DNA of 64,000 bases from Octopus vulgaris (taxonomy: Eukaryota): positions 9,796,001 through 9,860,000 of the forward strand of contig OX597827.1 in assembly GCA_951406725.2 (NCBI GenBank), in the 5' to 3' direction. The position numbers were made by a program, and so were the translations under genes. Shown piece by piece: positions 12,760 to 28,423 of this stretch (the first letter of the stretch is position 1; each line of letters begins with the position of its first letter). The notes below the pieces were generated by a model. The model was not told where the DNA came from and searched no databases. It saw only the letters and a list, made by a program, of their open reading frames with translations.

Positions 12760-13158
12760 CTTCCTACTATAGGCACAAGGCCTGAAATGTGGGGCGAGGG
12801 AGGCAGTCAGTTAGATCGACCCCAGTATGCAACTGGTACTTAATTTATCGACCCCAAAAGGATGAAAGGCAAAGTTGACCTCAGCAGAATTTTGAACTCA
12901 GAACGTAAAGAGGGATGAAATACCTATTTCTTTATTACCCACAAGGGGCTAAACACAGAGGGGACAAACAAGGACAGACATAGGTATTAAGTCGATTACA
13001 TCAACCCCAGTGCGTAACTGGTACTTAATTTATCGACCCCAAAAGGATGAAAGGCAAAGTTTGACCTCAGCAGAATTTGAACTCAGAACGTAAAGAGGGA
13101 TGAAATACCACTTAGCATTTCGTCCAGTGTGCTAACAATTCTGCCAGATCACTGCCTT
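12760..13158 (-). mobile_element. Chimeric or nested SINE family B (two different tails, duplicated body)
   Basis: Old-type tail plus body, then the junction gaaatacc|tatttcttt, then young-type tail plus a second body and head. Confidence 0.82.
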
Positions 13159-13309
13159 CATCACTATCTTATTAATGATAAAAACTATTTTTTAATTTAG
13201 TCACAAGGGTACCAGTTTTGAGAAGAGAAAATTAGTCAGTTACACCGACCCAAGTTTTTAACTGGTATATATGTTTGCTATTTACAGGGTTATGAAAACC
13301 AATGTTTAT

Positions 13310-13790
13310 CATCATCATCATCATCATTTAACACCCGTTTTCCATGCTGGCAATGGTTGGACGGTTTGACTGAAAGGCGGCGAGCTGGCAGAAACGTTAG
13401 CACGCCGGGCGAAATGCTTAGCGGTATTTCGTCTGTCTTTACGTTCTGAGTTCAAATTCCGCCGAGGTCGACTTTGCCTTTCATCCTTTCGGGGTCGATT
13501 AAATAAGTACCAGTTATGCACTGGGGTTGATGTAATCGACTTGATCCGTTTGTCTATCCTTGTTTGTCCTCTCTGTGTTTAGCCCCTTGTGGGTAGTAAA
13601 GAAATAGGTTTGACTGAAAAACTGGTAAGTTGAGGAGCTGCATCAGGTTCCCATCTGATTTGGCATGGTTTCTACAGCTGGATACCATTCCTAATGCCAA
13701 CTGCTACAAGAGTGTAGTGGTTGCTTTTTATGCACCAGTTATGTAACACTGGCATTGGCCATAACTACAATCTCACTTAGCTTCACAGGT
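13310..13790 (-). mobile_element. Family C element (RTE-type 3' UTR) interrupted by a SINE B
   Basis: (CAT)n tail and tttaacacccgttttccatgct...ttcctaatgccaac family C signature. Confidence 0.75.
13376..13606 (+). mobile_element. tRNA-derived SINE family B with 13-bp TSD
   Basis: Head ggcggcgagctggcagaaacgttagc...gagttcaaattcc and Nin-like body gcctttcatcctttcggggtcgat. TSD ggtttgactgaaa at 13363-13375 and 13607-13619. Confidence 0.92.
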
Positions 13791-14029
13791 CATAGAATGT
13801 AAAGAGGTGGAAGAAGTACCACAAAGCACACCCTGCCAACCAATGCTCCAATGGTTCAGTTAATCTGCCTTCTGATAATAATTTTGTTATAATATAGACA
13901 TGAGACCTACATGAAATTTTGAGGGAGTGAATTAGTAATTAATTAGTCAATTGAATCAACTTCAGTACTTGGTTAAGTATTTTCTTTTATCAGCCCCTAG
14001 AAGAAGAATGACAGGTAAATTCAAACTCA

Positions 14030-14380
14030 GCAAAAATTGAATTCAGGACTTCAAGTGCCGGTGGCACATAAAAAGCACCATCCGAACGTTGCCAGCGCCG
14101 CCTTGGCTGGCTTCCGTGCCGCTGGCATGTTAAAAGCTCCAACCGATCGTGGCCGATGCCAGACCCCACTGGCACCTGTGCAGGTGGCACGTAAAAAGCA
14201 CCCACTACACTTGTGGAGTGGTTGGCGTTAGGAAGGGCATCCAGCCGTAGAAACTCTGCCAGATCAGACTGGAGCCTGGAGCAGCCCCTGGCTTCCCAGA
14301 CCCTGGCTTCCCAGACCCTGGTCGAACTGTCCAATCCATGCTAGCGCGGAAAACGGACGTTAAACGATGATGATGATGAT
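14030..14380 (+). mobile_element. Family C element (RTE-type 3' UTR with internal tandem units, (GAT)n tail)
   Basis: ggcacgtaaaaagcacc units, gtggttggcgttaggaagggcatccagc, and ggacgttaaacgatgatgat. Confidence 0.85.
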
Positions 14381-14827
14381 GAAGGTCAAAAACAAAAGCT
14401 GAATGCCATGAACAAAAATAAAGTATCATCATCATCATCATCTTTGTTGTCATCATAATCACCATCAACACCACCACCACCGCGACCTCTTCCCCCTGAT
14501 CATCATCATTGTCATCATCGTCATAATCTTTGTTGTCATCATCATCCTTGCTATCGTAATAACATTAAATGTGTAACGAAATGTAAGCACAAACCACAAC
14601 CACAACCACAACAGTCTCATAACAAGAATAATGACAATAACATCGTTATCGTGGGAAACAACAATAACAACAAAATTTACTTTCCAGAATTCTTAATGAT
14701 TAATCTAATTTTTTTAGTTTTCCTTCTTCCATTGAGAAAAATTCTCTCCTCAAAAGACTGATCAGAAATATGTCAGGATAACGCAAAAAAGAAAGATATG
14801 AAGTGATATAAAATAAAATTATTGAAA

Positions 14828-15221
14828 TGAAGAAGAAGAAGAAGAAGAAGAAGAAGAAGAAGAAGAAGAAGAAGAAGAAGAAGAAGAAGGAGAGGAGAAG
14901 GAGAAGGAGAAGGAGATGAAGAAGAAGAAGAAGAAGAAGGAGAAGACGAAGAAAAAGAAGAAGGAGAAGACGAAGAAGAAGGAGAAGGAGAAGAAGAAGA
15001 AGAAGATGAAGAAAGAGGAGAAGAAGAAGAAGAAGAAGGAGGAGGAGGAGAAGAAGAAGAAGAAGAAGAAGAAGAAGAAGAAGAAGAAGAAGAAGAAGAA
15101 GAAGAAGGAGAAGACGACGAAGAAGAAGAAGAAGAAGAAGAAGAAGAAGAAGAAGAAGAAGAAGAAGAAGAAGAAGAAGGAGAAGACGAAGAAGAAGAAA
15201 AAGAAGAAAAAGAAGAAGAAA
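14828..15221. repeat. (GAA)n polypurine microsatellite
   Basis: Direct reading of the sequence. Confidence 0.95.
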
Positions 15222-15756
15222 GAGTTACTGCTTTCAAGAAAATTAAATTAGATACAAAATTTAAGAGCTGCTGTTTAAGATGATGGTGAAAAATTAACTT
15301 TTGATTAAAGACTGTAAGTGACAGATATAAAGGAATATTTTCAGTTTAAGTGAGACAATTGAACAGAATATGGATAAATTGCATAAAATATGATGAAAGT
15401 TTTAAATATAAAAAGGAAAAGAAAATCGAAAAAGAAAAGAAAAAGAAAAGAGGAATGAAAAAGAAGATGAGGAAAGATTAAGGAAACAAATAAAAAAAAA
15501 AAATGAAAAAAAACAAAAACTGGTTTTTCTTTGAGGAAGGAATACTAGAAAATATTTTACTGGAGTAAAAAAGATAGCAGAGCATGTGATAAAAGATATC
15601 GACTAGAAAAAAAGCATTTGGCTCAGATAAATCAGCTGAGAAATTGAAATAAAGATTATGTTAAACAGCATATCAATGAAGAGAGCAGAGGATGTTCACA
15701 TTCGGCAACTCTGTTAATACATATGCATATTTGTGCATGTTTGTTATCATTACCAA

Positions 15757-16580
<824 letters not shown>

Positions 16581-16724
16581 AAAATAATTATTTCGTTTAT
16601 TTGCCACAAGGATGAGGGGGACAATACAAAGACAGACATAAAGTGTGAGGGTTTACATATAATGAAATGATAAAAAAAATGGGAAAGAAATGGTAAAGTA
16701 TACACAGAAGGAACCTATGCATAG

Positions 16725-17160
16725 CATCATCATCATCATCATCGTTTAACGTCCGTTCTCCATGCTAGCATGGGTTGGACGGTTTGACCGGGGATCTGGG
16801 AAGCCAGAAGGCTGCACCAGGCTCCAGTCTTATCTGGCAATGTTTCTACAGCTGGATGCCCTTCCTAACACCAACCACTGTGTGAGTGTAGTGGGTGCTT
16901 TTTACGTGCCACCTGCACAGGTGCCAGGCGAGGCTGGCAACGGCCGCGGTCAGATTGGTGCATTTTACGTGCCACTGGCACGGAAGCCAGTTGAGGTGGC
17001 ACTGGCTTCGGTCACGATTCGGATGGTGCTTTTTACGTGCCACCGACACGGAAGCCAGTCGAAGCGATGCTGGCATCGGCCACGATTCGGATAGTGCTTT
17101 TTACGTATCTCCAGTCCAGGGGTCCTGGCATCTACCGGGTGCCAGTCATAGGATTGGTTC
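16725..17160 (-). mobile_element. Family C element with about 4 internal ~60-65-bp units
   Basis: ggtgctttttacgtgcca recurs near 16894, 16957, 17024 and 17093, and the family tail is present. Confidence 0.87.
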
Positions 17161-17626
17161 AATTTCGATTCCAAATACAAATATTAAAAGAACAAAAACC
17201 AAAAGCAATGGGGAGGATGATAGAGATGTAGTCCACCTGATACAGGAAGGCCTCTGGGAATAATCAAGGAACTCTGCTATGTGACACTTCCCTGAAACCC
17301 CAAGAGCAAGTGCCCTCTCCAATTCCGTCTCTCTGATTCACAGGTCTACACTAAAGAGAGGTACCATCCACTCTTGACATTTTTGCAATTTTCACACACC
17401 TTTTAATAAACTCACCCGAGGACAGCACTTCCCTCATTCACTCTCAATTTTCTTATCAAGTGAAACCTGAAGTCAATAAGAGCTCTATCAAAGAGGAATG
17501 CTTTTCAGCATTTTTTTTTTACAGAGTGATATATATCATCGTCAATCTACAACATAACAATGTTGGACACTGTGCCATATCTTCCGTAATAATAATGATA
17601 TACGTGCATATGTATAAATATATGTC

Positions 17627-17825
17627 AGTGGCACGTAAAAAGCACCCACTACACTCATGGAGTGGTTGGCGTTAGGAAGGGCATCAAGCTGTAGAAACAC
17701 TGCCAGATCTGACTGGAGCCTGGTGCAGCCTTCGGGCTTCCCAGAGCCCAATTGAACCGTCCAACCCATGCTAGCATGGAAAGCGGACGTTAAACGATGA
17801 TGATGATGATGATGATGATGATGAT
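17627..17825 (+). mobile_element. Family C element, 5'-truncated
   Basis: Family C 3' signature plus (GAT)n. Confidence 0.85.
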
Positions 17826-18175
17826 ATATATGAAAAGACAAGTTAATAAATGATGGTCATTACATATAATTCCCTTATTAGGGCAAATTTACACTAATTA
17901 TAGGTAATGATAGTAGGGATATATGTGAAAGTTAGTAATTATTAAATGTTAGTTAACAACAAGGAATAAAAATTAGCTATAAAATTAAGAGTTGAATAAA
18001 AGGGCTTTGCTTCTTTGCTTCTATGCTCACTTAAGGAATCCTTCCTCAGTACTATCAAACCCTGATGAAGAAGTTGAAGATTAAGTTTTGGATTTCATTG
18101 ACCACTGCCACATGATTCTCTATACTGTGCTTACTTTGCATTGTGTAACACATTCTTTATATATATATACATATA

Positions 18176-18525
18176 TGCCAGCGCCGCCCCGACTGGCTCC
18201 TGTGCCGGTGGCACATAAAAAGACCATCCGAACGTTGCCAGCGCCGCCTTGGCTGGCACCTGTGTCGCTGGCACGTTAAAACACCAACTGATCGTGACCG
18301 ATGCCGGACCCCCCCCCCTCTGGCACCTGTGCAGGTGGCACGTAAAAAGCACCCACTACACTCGCGGAGTGGTTGGTGTTAGGAAGGGCATCCAGCTGTA
18401 GAAACACTGCCAGATCTGACTGGCCTGGTGCAGCCTTCGGGCTTGCCAGACCCCAGTTGAACCGTCCAACCCATGCTAGCATGGAAAGCGGACGTTAAAC
18501 GATGATGATGATGATGATGATGATG
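18176..18525 (+). mobile_element. Family C element
   Basis: Internal units plus 3' signature plus (GAT)n. Confidence 0.85.
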
Positions 18526-18527
18526 AT

Positions 18528-18742
18528 ATATTTCTTTATTGCCCACAAGGAGCTAAACATAGAGGGAACAATCAAGGACAGACAAAGGGATTAAGTCGAT
18601 TATATCGACCCAGTGTGAAACTGGTGCTTTATTTATCGACTCCGAGAGGATAAAAGGCAAAGTCGACCCCGGCGGAATTTGAACTCAGAACGTAACAACT
18701 GACGAAATACCGCTAAGCATTTCGTCTGGCGCACTAACGTTT
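18528..18742 (-). mobile_element. SINE family B
   Basis: Matches the family B tail and body. Confidence 0.87.
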
Positions 18743-19539
18743 CCAAGCACCAGTCACTGGTTTAATAACAAAAAACGCTATTTTTTAACTCATGCCAAAT
18801 TCGTGATTATTTTCAAAATTAACTGCAGTATATAAACAAAATATTTAATTAAAAATAAAGTTAAAATGGATTAAATATTATTTAAAATAAAATTTCAGAA
18901 TATGTTATCAGGGGAAATATTTTGGAAAATAAATAACGGATGACAATTTAATATAGATCGCACTTTCATAATAATAATAATAATTGCTCCAAAGAACATC
19001 TGAAATGAATTTAGAACTTCAAATCCAAGGAACGACATACTGCTAAACCCAACGCTTTAAATTATACCCACCACAAGACTAGAAGTTCCAGAAGAATACA
19101 TATAAAAGTAAATAAGGAAAAAACAAACAAACCAAAACAATTGATCATATAAATCACAATGTAGTGTAAGCAAAAAAAAAACAAAAAACAATAATGATGT
19201 TAGTCATATATTTTATAGATAGCTGCTTGTCTCAGTGAGGACATACATTACTACTACCAAATACTTAGCATACATATATACATATGTACATACATGCATA
19301 CATATATGTCTATGTAATATATATGTGTATATATATATATATATATATACATATACAGATACACATATATTTATATATACACATACAATTTTATACAAAT
19401 ATATAAATGTATCTAAATACACAGAGTATATGTATATATATATATACATATACATATATTTTATAGATAGCTATATATCTCTTTTCCTCTCATTCTTTCC
19501 CTCACTCTCTCTTTACACACACACACACACACACACATG

Positions 19540-19587
19540 TAGATAGAGAGAAAGATAGATGGACAATAGATAAATAAATAGATAAAC

Positions 19588-19639
<52 letters not shown>

Positions 19640-19640
19640 T

Positions 19641-19679
<39 letters not shown>

Positions 19680-19680
19680 T

Positions 19681-19714
<34 letters not shown>

Positions 19715-19785
19715 CAGATCGATAGATAAATAGATGGAAAGATGCATACATACATACATACATACATACATTCATACATACATAG
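19540..19785. repeat. (GATA)n-(CATA)n microsatellite
   Basis: Direct reading of the sequence. Confidence 0.9.
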
Positions 19786-20178
19786 AGAAATGCAAATATT
19801 TGTATATTTATATGTATATTTGTCCATGCCTGTGCTATTTCACATGTCACATAAAATGCAAGAGAGCTTGTCAGGCTTCACATCAATGAAAATGTGTCAA
19901 ACAATATTAGGCAGAACCTACACTGGACTACAACATCACATTGTTGTGTATCACATGATGAAAACCAATCAAAATTCTTCAGCAGGAATATTTTGTTTAG
20001 CATTGAAGACCAAGGATATTCCATCACAATATCTAAGAGTACATAAAGTAATTGTTTTCTATTATTATTTTTCTTTCGGAAATGGTCATGACTACAATTA
20101 AAAAAAATTCATTTTGCATGATTGTGCTACAAGTTTCTAGGTACAATTTCACTGAATGGTATTCTAGGTTAGAAAGAA

Positions 20179-20409
20179 GGCGGCGAACTGGCAGAAACGT
20201 TAGCACGCCGGGCGAAATGCTTAGTGGTATTTCGTCTGTCGTTACGTTGTGAGTTCAAATTCCGCCGAGGTCGACTTTGCCTTTCATCCTTTCGGGGTCG
20301 ATAAATTAAGTACCAGTTACGCACTGGGGTCTATGTAATCGACTTAATACTTATGTCTGTCCTTGTTTGTCCCCTTTATGTTTAGCTCCTTGTGGGTAAT
20401 AAAGAAATA
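20179..20409 (+). mobile_element. SINE family B with 16-bp TSD
   Basis: TSD ggtattctaggttaga at 20158-20173 and 20410-20425. Confidence 0.92.
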
Positions 20410-20864
20410 GGTATTCTAGGTTAGAGATATAGTAAGAGGAGACTGAGGCTTGGAGTAGCTCTTTCAGTGTAGCTGTGAAAGGATATAACAATTATTCAGG
20501 CCTAACATGCCTGCTAGTTAAGGTAGGCATACCTACCAAAAGGGGGTCTTTTCCATTAAATGTAAAAATTCTTTCCAACATCCCAATATTTTCTACCACA
20601 GTCTCTGTATATTGACCAATATATTATGATTGAAATTTGGTCCATGGAAACTGTGGAATCCTATTATATATATTATTGGGTGTGTAGTTAAGAGGCTGAC
20701 TTTGCAATCATGTAGTTCTGGTTTCAGTCTTACTGAATGACATCTTGAGTAGGTGTCTACTATAGCCTCAAGCTAACCAATGTATTGTAAGTGAATTTGC
20801 TCACCAGAAAATATATTGAAACCTATATAAAGATATATATACAGATATACATATTTACACACAC

Positions 20865-20902
<38 letters not shown>

Positions 20903-20955
20903 ACTTACTTATTATTTATATATAAAAAAGTAATCATCCCAAAATACAAAATATA

Positions 20956-21005
<50 letters not shown>

Positions 21006-21280
21006 CAAACATATTTACATGCAACAGAAGATGTATGTGTTTGTGTGTGTGTGTATTTGTATCTGTGTTTACATCCCTGCAACTTAGCAGTTCAGCAAAA
21101 GAAACTGATAGAATAAATACCAGGCATTAAAAAATAAGGACTGAGGTCAATTCATTTGACTAAGATTTTTCAAGTCAGTGCCCCAGTATGGCCACAGTCT
21201 AATGACTGAAACAAGTAAAAATGTCATATATATATGTGTGTGAGTGTGTGTGAGAAGAGAAAAAGAGAGAGATAAATAGT

Positions 21281-21426
21281 TAGATAGATATGTATGTATT
21301 TATGTGTGTGTGTGTATTTGTGTATATATATATATGTATAAGTATGTATATATATATATATATATATACTTATACATATATATATATACACAAATACACA
21401 CACACACATAAATACATACATATCTA

Positions 21427-21430
<4 letters not shown>
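21281..21430. repeat. ~150-bp near-perfect palindrome centred on a (TA)n tract
   Basis: tagatagatatgtatgtatttatgtgtg...ataagtat is mirrored by atacttat...cacacataaatacatacatatctatcta. Confidence 0.88.
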
Positions 21431-21474
<44 letters not shown>

Positions 21475-22442
21475 TATATACATATATATATATACATATA
21501 AGCATATGTATCTATATATATGTATGTGCACACATACATACATACATACATACATAAATGCATACATATATAAAATTGAACTATACACAAATTCTCTGAA
21601 AACGAACTTAGGAAATGGACCTAATGAAATATACAGTCTTCACCGGATTCCTTTGATAACGAAAGGAACTCCTAAGAAATAAATAAACAAGTTTAATAAA
21701 TAGAATTTACAAAACTATCTTTTAATGTTGTCTAGCTGTTATGTATTGGCTTTTAGAGAAATATAAAGACATAAAAAAGGGGCTGTTCTTCTTCTTGTTG
21801 TTTAGCCCTAGGTCATCTTCAATGAACAAAACTATGATCAAAAGATTCTAGCAATGACCATCCCATCTTTTTAAAGCTATTGCGTACTACCTTGAATATT
21901 ATATACATCCAATGAGTACATTTTTAAGGCACATGGTGTGATCTGAGGGAGATTTGGCTGTTATTTTTTGTGAGTCATACGTCCATCATTATATTTTCAG
22001 TTATTGCTCTGCAGCCAATCTAGGATATCATCTTGAAAAATTTTAGTTGAAATGATGGCCTATAGTATTTGTTTTTTTTTAGGTCTGGTACACACTGTAT
22101 TGGTTGGTTTTACTAAACCATTAAGATATGGAGACATAAACAAACCAACACTACTTGTCAAGTGGTGGTAGGGTATACACACATATGTATATACATATAC
22201 GCCGCCCACACACATACATTCACAGGCATATATATATAAGATAAGTAACTAGTTCTAAAATCTCTATAAGAGATGCAAGTAGTATCTCAGGTAATGTTGC
22301 TAACCAGCTGGAGGAGGTGTTTTCCTGGGGTTAAAAATGTAGTAACATTGTTCCGTATGGAACAGCCATGTTGAAGTAGCAACAAACATTAGTTTTTATA
22401 TACATACATACGCACACATACATACATACATACATACATACA

Positions 22443-22492
<50 letters not shown>

Positions 22493-23459
22493 AATCAAAA
22501 TAACTAACAGGATTTCAAGTAGTAATGCAGTTTGACCATTTCAAGCAGCTCCATTTAATCGAGCAATGTAGTCATTACATCTATTTAAATACAGCGCTAT
22601 CTTCAGCTGCACAAAAATATGGAACTTCAACAAGCATGACACGTCAATATAATTTTTCTTAAATATTTCAACAAAGCAAGTGGATGGAAGAAATTCATGT
22701 TGTCACTATTGTGGCAAGAATGACTAAAAAAACAGACTGCTGTTTCTTAGAATAGTGGAGTAATAGGGTTGTAATCGATTTCCGATTTATCTCTTTATCA
22801 TCTCCTACAATCTGAGATTAGAAGACTGCGTATATTTAGAATAAAGAGCAAAAAGTGAGTTCACAGCTCATGGCTAGCTATTGGTCATAGATTTTGTCAT
22901 AGGTACCTCTCTACCCACAAGAAAAACGAACCAAAACTTTATGAAGATAGAAGAAATTGTTGGGCTGACTTTAATTCATGATGTTAACGATGCAAAGCAA
23001 TATGAAACTTAAGATGCTATAATGTGATTTAGGAAAAATATTTGGGGCTCATTGGGGGAACGTTTATAAGCAATATTATATGTTTTGTAAAAATAAAACG
23101 AATTTTTTAAAAATTCAAGAAAATGATATCATAACCAAAATAGCAAAAAGGTGTGCATGTGTCAGTTTTAACCATTAAAAGGAAGATTACTATTATGTAG
23201 AATCAATTTAATACCTCTTCTTTGCTTAATTAATTAACTATTCAGTGCTCTCTATAATGATCACTCAAGCCACTTACATATGGGATATCTTGAAAGTTAT
23301 ACATACTATCCATTGATTGGAAGTAATGAATCAGAATAATAAGGTAATGATAATACATAAACAATTAAATATAAATATGCTAGAAAAATATGTACAGATA
23401 TAGGTAGGTGTAATAATATGAAAATAATGCATACAGATACATATGCAATAAGGGGTATT

Positions 23460-23848
<389 letters not shown>

Positions 23849-23957
23849 ACCTACTTTAACATTACAGTGGACTCTGCTGCACTTTTTTAACCTCAAGAGG
23901 ACATCTCTAACTGACTAATGATGCACAGCTGAATCCGATATATATATATATATATAT

Positions 23958-24150
23958 CGAGTGGTACTTGTGCGAGCAGAAACGACCACTCGGAAGACCT
24001 CCATGATGCTGGAGTTACAATTTTAGGAGGGCGATTGGGACTACATGGATAAGGAAGGCATGATCCAGGGAGGAGTGGACAGTGTGCTGTGACCAGCGAT
24101 GTCAAATGGACACCCGACGGACTGGCCAGTCAAGGTGGTCAAGATGATGT
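23958..24150 (+). mobile_element. Degenerate RTE-like LINE 3' fragment
   Basis: It translates as ...DWTTWIRKA*SREEWTVCCDQR, resembling the RTE W...A.DR..W terminus, and ends in gatgatg. Confidence 0.5.
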
Positions 24151-24939
24151 ATGTCTATGTGTGTGTGTTTGTGTGTGTGTGTGAGAGAGAGAGAGAGAGT
24201 GTGAGTATGTGTGTGTGTGTGTGTGCATGTGTGTGTGCATGTACAACAGTCTTCCAAACAGTTTCCTTCGACCAAATTCATTCACAAGGCACTGATTGGC
24301 CCTGAGCCTATAATAGAAGACAAGGTGCTATGCAGTGGAATTGAACCCAAAGACACATGGTTGTAAGCAAGCTTTTTTTACCACCAACCATGCCTAAAAA
24401 GAAATCACGCACACATACTTTCTCACACACACACACACATACACATACTCACACACACACATACTCACACACACACACACACATAATCACATGTACACAC
24501 ATACGAAATAATATAGATGCGATGGCCATGGCTGATACACTTTTGATCATAGACCTGTTCGATCATAGCTGACCTGGGGCTAAACCATAAGATAAAAAAA
24601 AAAACAACCACAACATCTACAAGTGAATATATTTGAAGTGATGTAGAGATGGCTTTCCTCTGGTCCTACCCACATTCTCTTGTCATGGCTTGCCAAATTC
24701 AGAATGACAACAGCTTGTAAAACTACACTAACTTAGTTATTGATACAGTTTTTACAATCTTTGTTTATGGCTTGTATCTGCTGTCAGACACCTAATAAGT
24801 TTGAAGCGTACCTTGTCGCTTCACAATAGAATTGATAAAACACAACGAAAACCCACTCTTCCAATGAATGCTGATGCAAAATATTATCTCTCCTCTATCT
24901 GTCCACATTACTGTCTGTCTGTCTGTCTCTTTTCCCAAT

Positions 24940-25805
<866 letters not shown>

Positions 25806-25949
25806 CATCTACATACATACCCAGTTGTGCATGCAAGAGGTTATTTCCTACCCTTGTGTGACGGATTTCTCCTCTACATGTGAAGCGTTCATTTCTGTTT
25901 ATACATTCAGCTTTGTATCAATTGTTCATAGGCAATATGTCATGCAGAC

Positions 25950-26370
25950 ATGCATAGTGGCTGTGTGGTAAGTAGCTTGCTAACCAACCACATGGTTCCG
26001 GGTTCAGTCCCACTGCGTGGCATCTTGGACAAGTGTCTTCTGCTATAGCCCCGGGGACGACCAATGCCTTGTGAGTGGATTTGGTAGGCGGAAACTGAAA
26101 GAAGCCTGTCGTATATATGTATATATATATATGTGTATATGTGTGTGTGTGTGTGCTTGTGTGTCTGTGTTTGTCCCCCTATCATTGCTTGACAACCGAT
26201 GCTGGTGTGTCTATGTCCCCGTCACTTAGCGGTTCAGCAAAAAGAGAACCGATAGAATAAGTACTGGGCTTACAAAAGAATAAGTCCCGGGGTCGATTTG
26301 CTCAACTAAAAGGTGGTGCTCCAGCATGGCTGCAGTCAAAATGACTGAAACAAGTAAAAGAGTAAAAGAG
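25950..26370 (+). mobile_element. SINE family A
   Basis: Full head, core, microsatellite and tail, ending (gtaaaaga)n. Confidence 0.9.
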
Positions 26371-26812
26371 TAAATTATAAAAATCATAATAAAGAAAAAA
26401 AATAGACAGTACAATACTGTTTCTACTTCGGGGATTTTTCACCTATCGTGGGGAGTGGGGTTTGGAATATAACACCTGTAATACTCAAGGGATTACTGTA
26501 TACCAAAAACAAAATTCATATAAAAATAATTGTCATAAACAAGTTTTTGGATCAATCCATTAAAGGATGATTTTTGTGTCTACCTTCAGTCTCCCTGTTA
26601 TCGTTGCTTCTATAGCAACTGCAGTCAATCTTTATGCTCTGTTGGTTTGGTGGGCCTCTTGTTTTTCTCTCTTAAATACATAATGCTTGGATAAGTTACA
26701 CAAATCCATATCCCAGATCAAAGCAGATATGGAGAAGTAGCTGTTATATGTGTGTGTGCAAATGTGTGTGCAAGTGTGCATAAGCAATTACGCATGCATA
26801 TATATATATATA

Positions 26813-27046
26813 TATTTCTTAACTACCCACAAGGGGCTAAACACAGAGGGGACAAACAAGGACAGACAAAGGGATTAAGTCGATTACATCGACCCCAGTG
26901 TGTAACTGGTACTTAATTTATCGACCCCGAAAGGATGAAAGGCAAAGTCGACCTCGGCGGAATTTGAACCCAGAACACTTAATGGCAGACGAAATACGGC
27001 TACGCATTTCGCCCAGCGTACTAACGTTTCTGCCAGCTTGCCGCCT
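26813..27046 (-). mobile_element. SINE family B
   Basis: Family match; tgcatatatatatatat-like flanks on both sides. Confidence 0.9.
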
Positions 27047-27071
27047 TAATGCATGCATATATATATATATT

Positions 27072-27468
27072 GGTGCAGGAGTGGCTGTGTGGTAAGTAGC
27101 TTGCTAACCAATGACATGGTTCCGGGTTCAGTCCCACTGCGTGGCATCTTGGGCAAGTGTCTTCTGCCATAGCCCTGGGCCGACCAATGCCTTGTGAGTG
27201 GATTTGGTAGATGGAAACTGAAAGAAGCCTGTCGTATATATGTATATATATATATATATATATATGTGTATGTCTTTGTGTGTCTGTATTTGTCTCCCTA
27301 GCATTGCTTGACAACCGATGCTGGTATGTTTACGTCCCTGTCACTTAGCAGTTCAGCAAAAGAGAACCGATAGAATAAGTACTGGGCTTACAAAAGAGTA
27401 AGTGCCGGGGTCGATTTGCTCGACTAAAGGCGGTGCTCCAGCATGGCCGCAGTCAAATGACTGAAACA
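27072..27468 (+). mobile_element. SINE family A
   Basis: Full family match. Confidence 0.9.
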
Positions 27469-27681
27469 CTCTTTTTTCCTGCTTCTTGTCCCCGACTTCC
27501 TACGCAAGCGCTGAGCCTGGATGCACATTCACCATCCGTCGATGCTCTCGGTGTCGGGGGGGTTGACCTGCCTTCTCTTCTGCGGGTCTTATGAATAGCA
27601 AAGGATCACGTTTCGATCTTCTCCCATCTTGTGAGCCCTGGGACGAAGACTGCTTCGCTCAACAAACAAACAAACAAACAA
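27469..27681 (+). mobile_element. Unclassified GC/CpG-rich retroposon-like fragment with (AAAC)n tail
   Basis: An abrupt GC-rich segment replaces the SINE A terminal repeat and ends in aacaaacaaacaaacaaaca. Confidence 0.45.
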
Positions 27682-28213
27682 GCAGCTTGTAAAATCGACT
27701 GAGCATTGAATAAACTATTTTTGCTTGCATCTAGTTTGACTTCTTTACTTTATAAGTACATATTATGAGTGTTGATACAGTATTATAGGTGATTTTTGTA
27801 TCATCATTATTATCAATGCCAGAGAAAACACTTAGAAATATTTCCTCAGCCTGAGTTAAAATTTTGCCTTTCATTCTTATGGTGCTGATAATATAAGTAC
27901 CAGTTGAGCACAGGGTTTGATGTAATTACCCAAATTTCAGACCTTGTGATAGCAGCAGTAAAAATTATTAGTACCATTAATGGATTGTGTGTGTGTGTGC
28001 AAGCATATGTGTGTATATGTATGTGTATGTGAGTGCATGTGTGTGTGTGTGTGTATGTATATATATATTATTCGCACACATGGGCATACATATATGTACA
28101 AGCATTCATACACATATATGATATGAATTAATATGCATACATCCTATATGATATACATTTATATACAACTATGTGTGTGTAAATATATGTGTATGTATAT
28201 ATGTATGTATATG

Positions 28214-28275
<62 letters not shown>

Positions 28276-28356
28276 CACCCACATACAAAGATATATATAT
28301 GTTGTATATAAACATATAAACAAATATATGTATGCATACACATGTACACACACATA

Positions 28357-28423
<67 letters not shown>

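Noticed and set aside
16890-17110. CRISPR-like repeat-spacer appearance
   Set aside because: The context is eukaryotic with no cas genes, the spacers are homologous to each other, and the array is part of a retroelement UTR.
18055-18100. CTGATGA motif (also at ~9145 and ~2366 on the minus strand)
   Set aside because: There is no matching stem II plus GAAA plus NUH arrangement.
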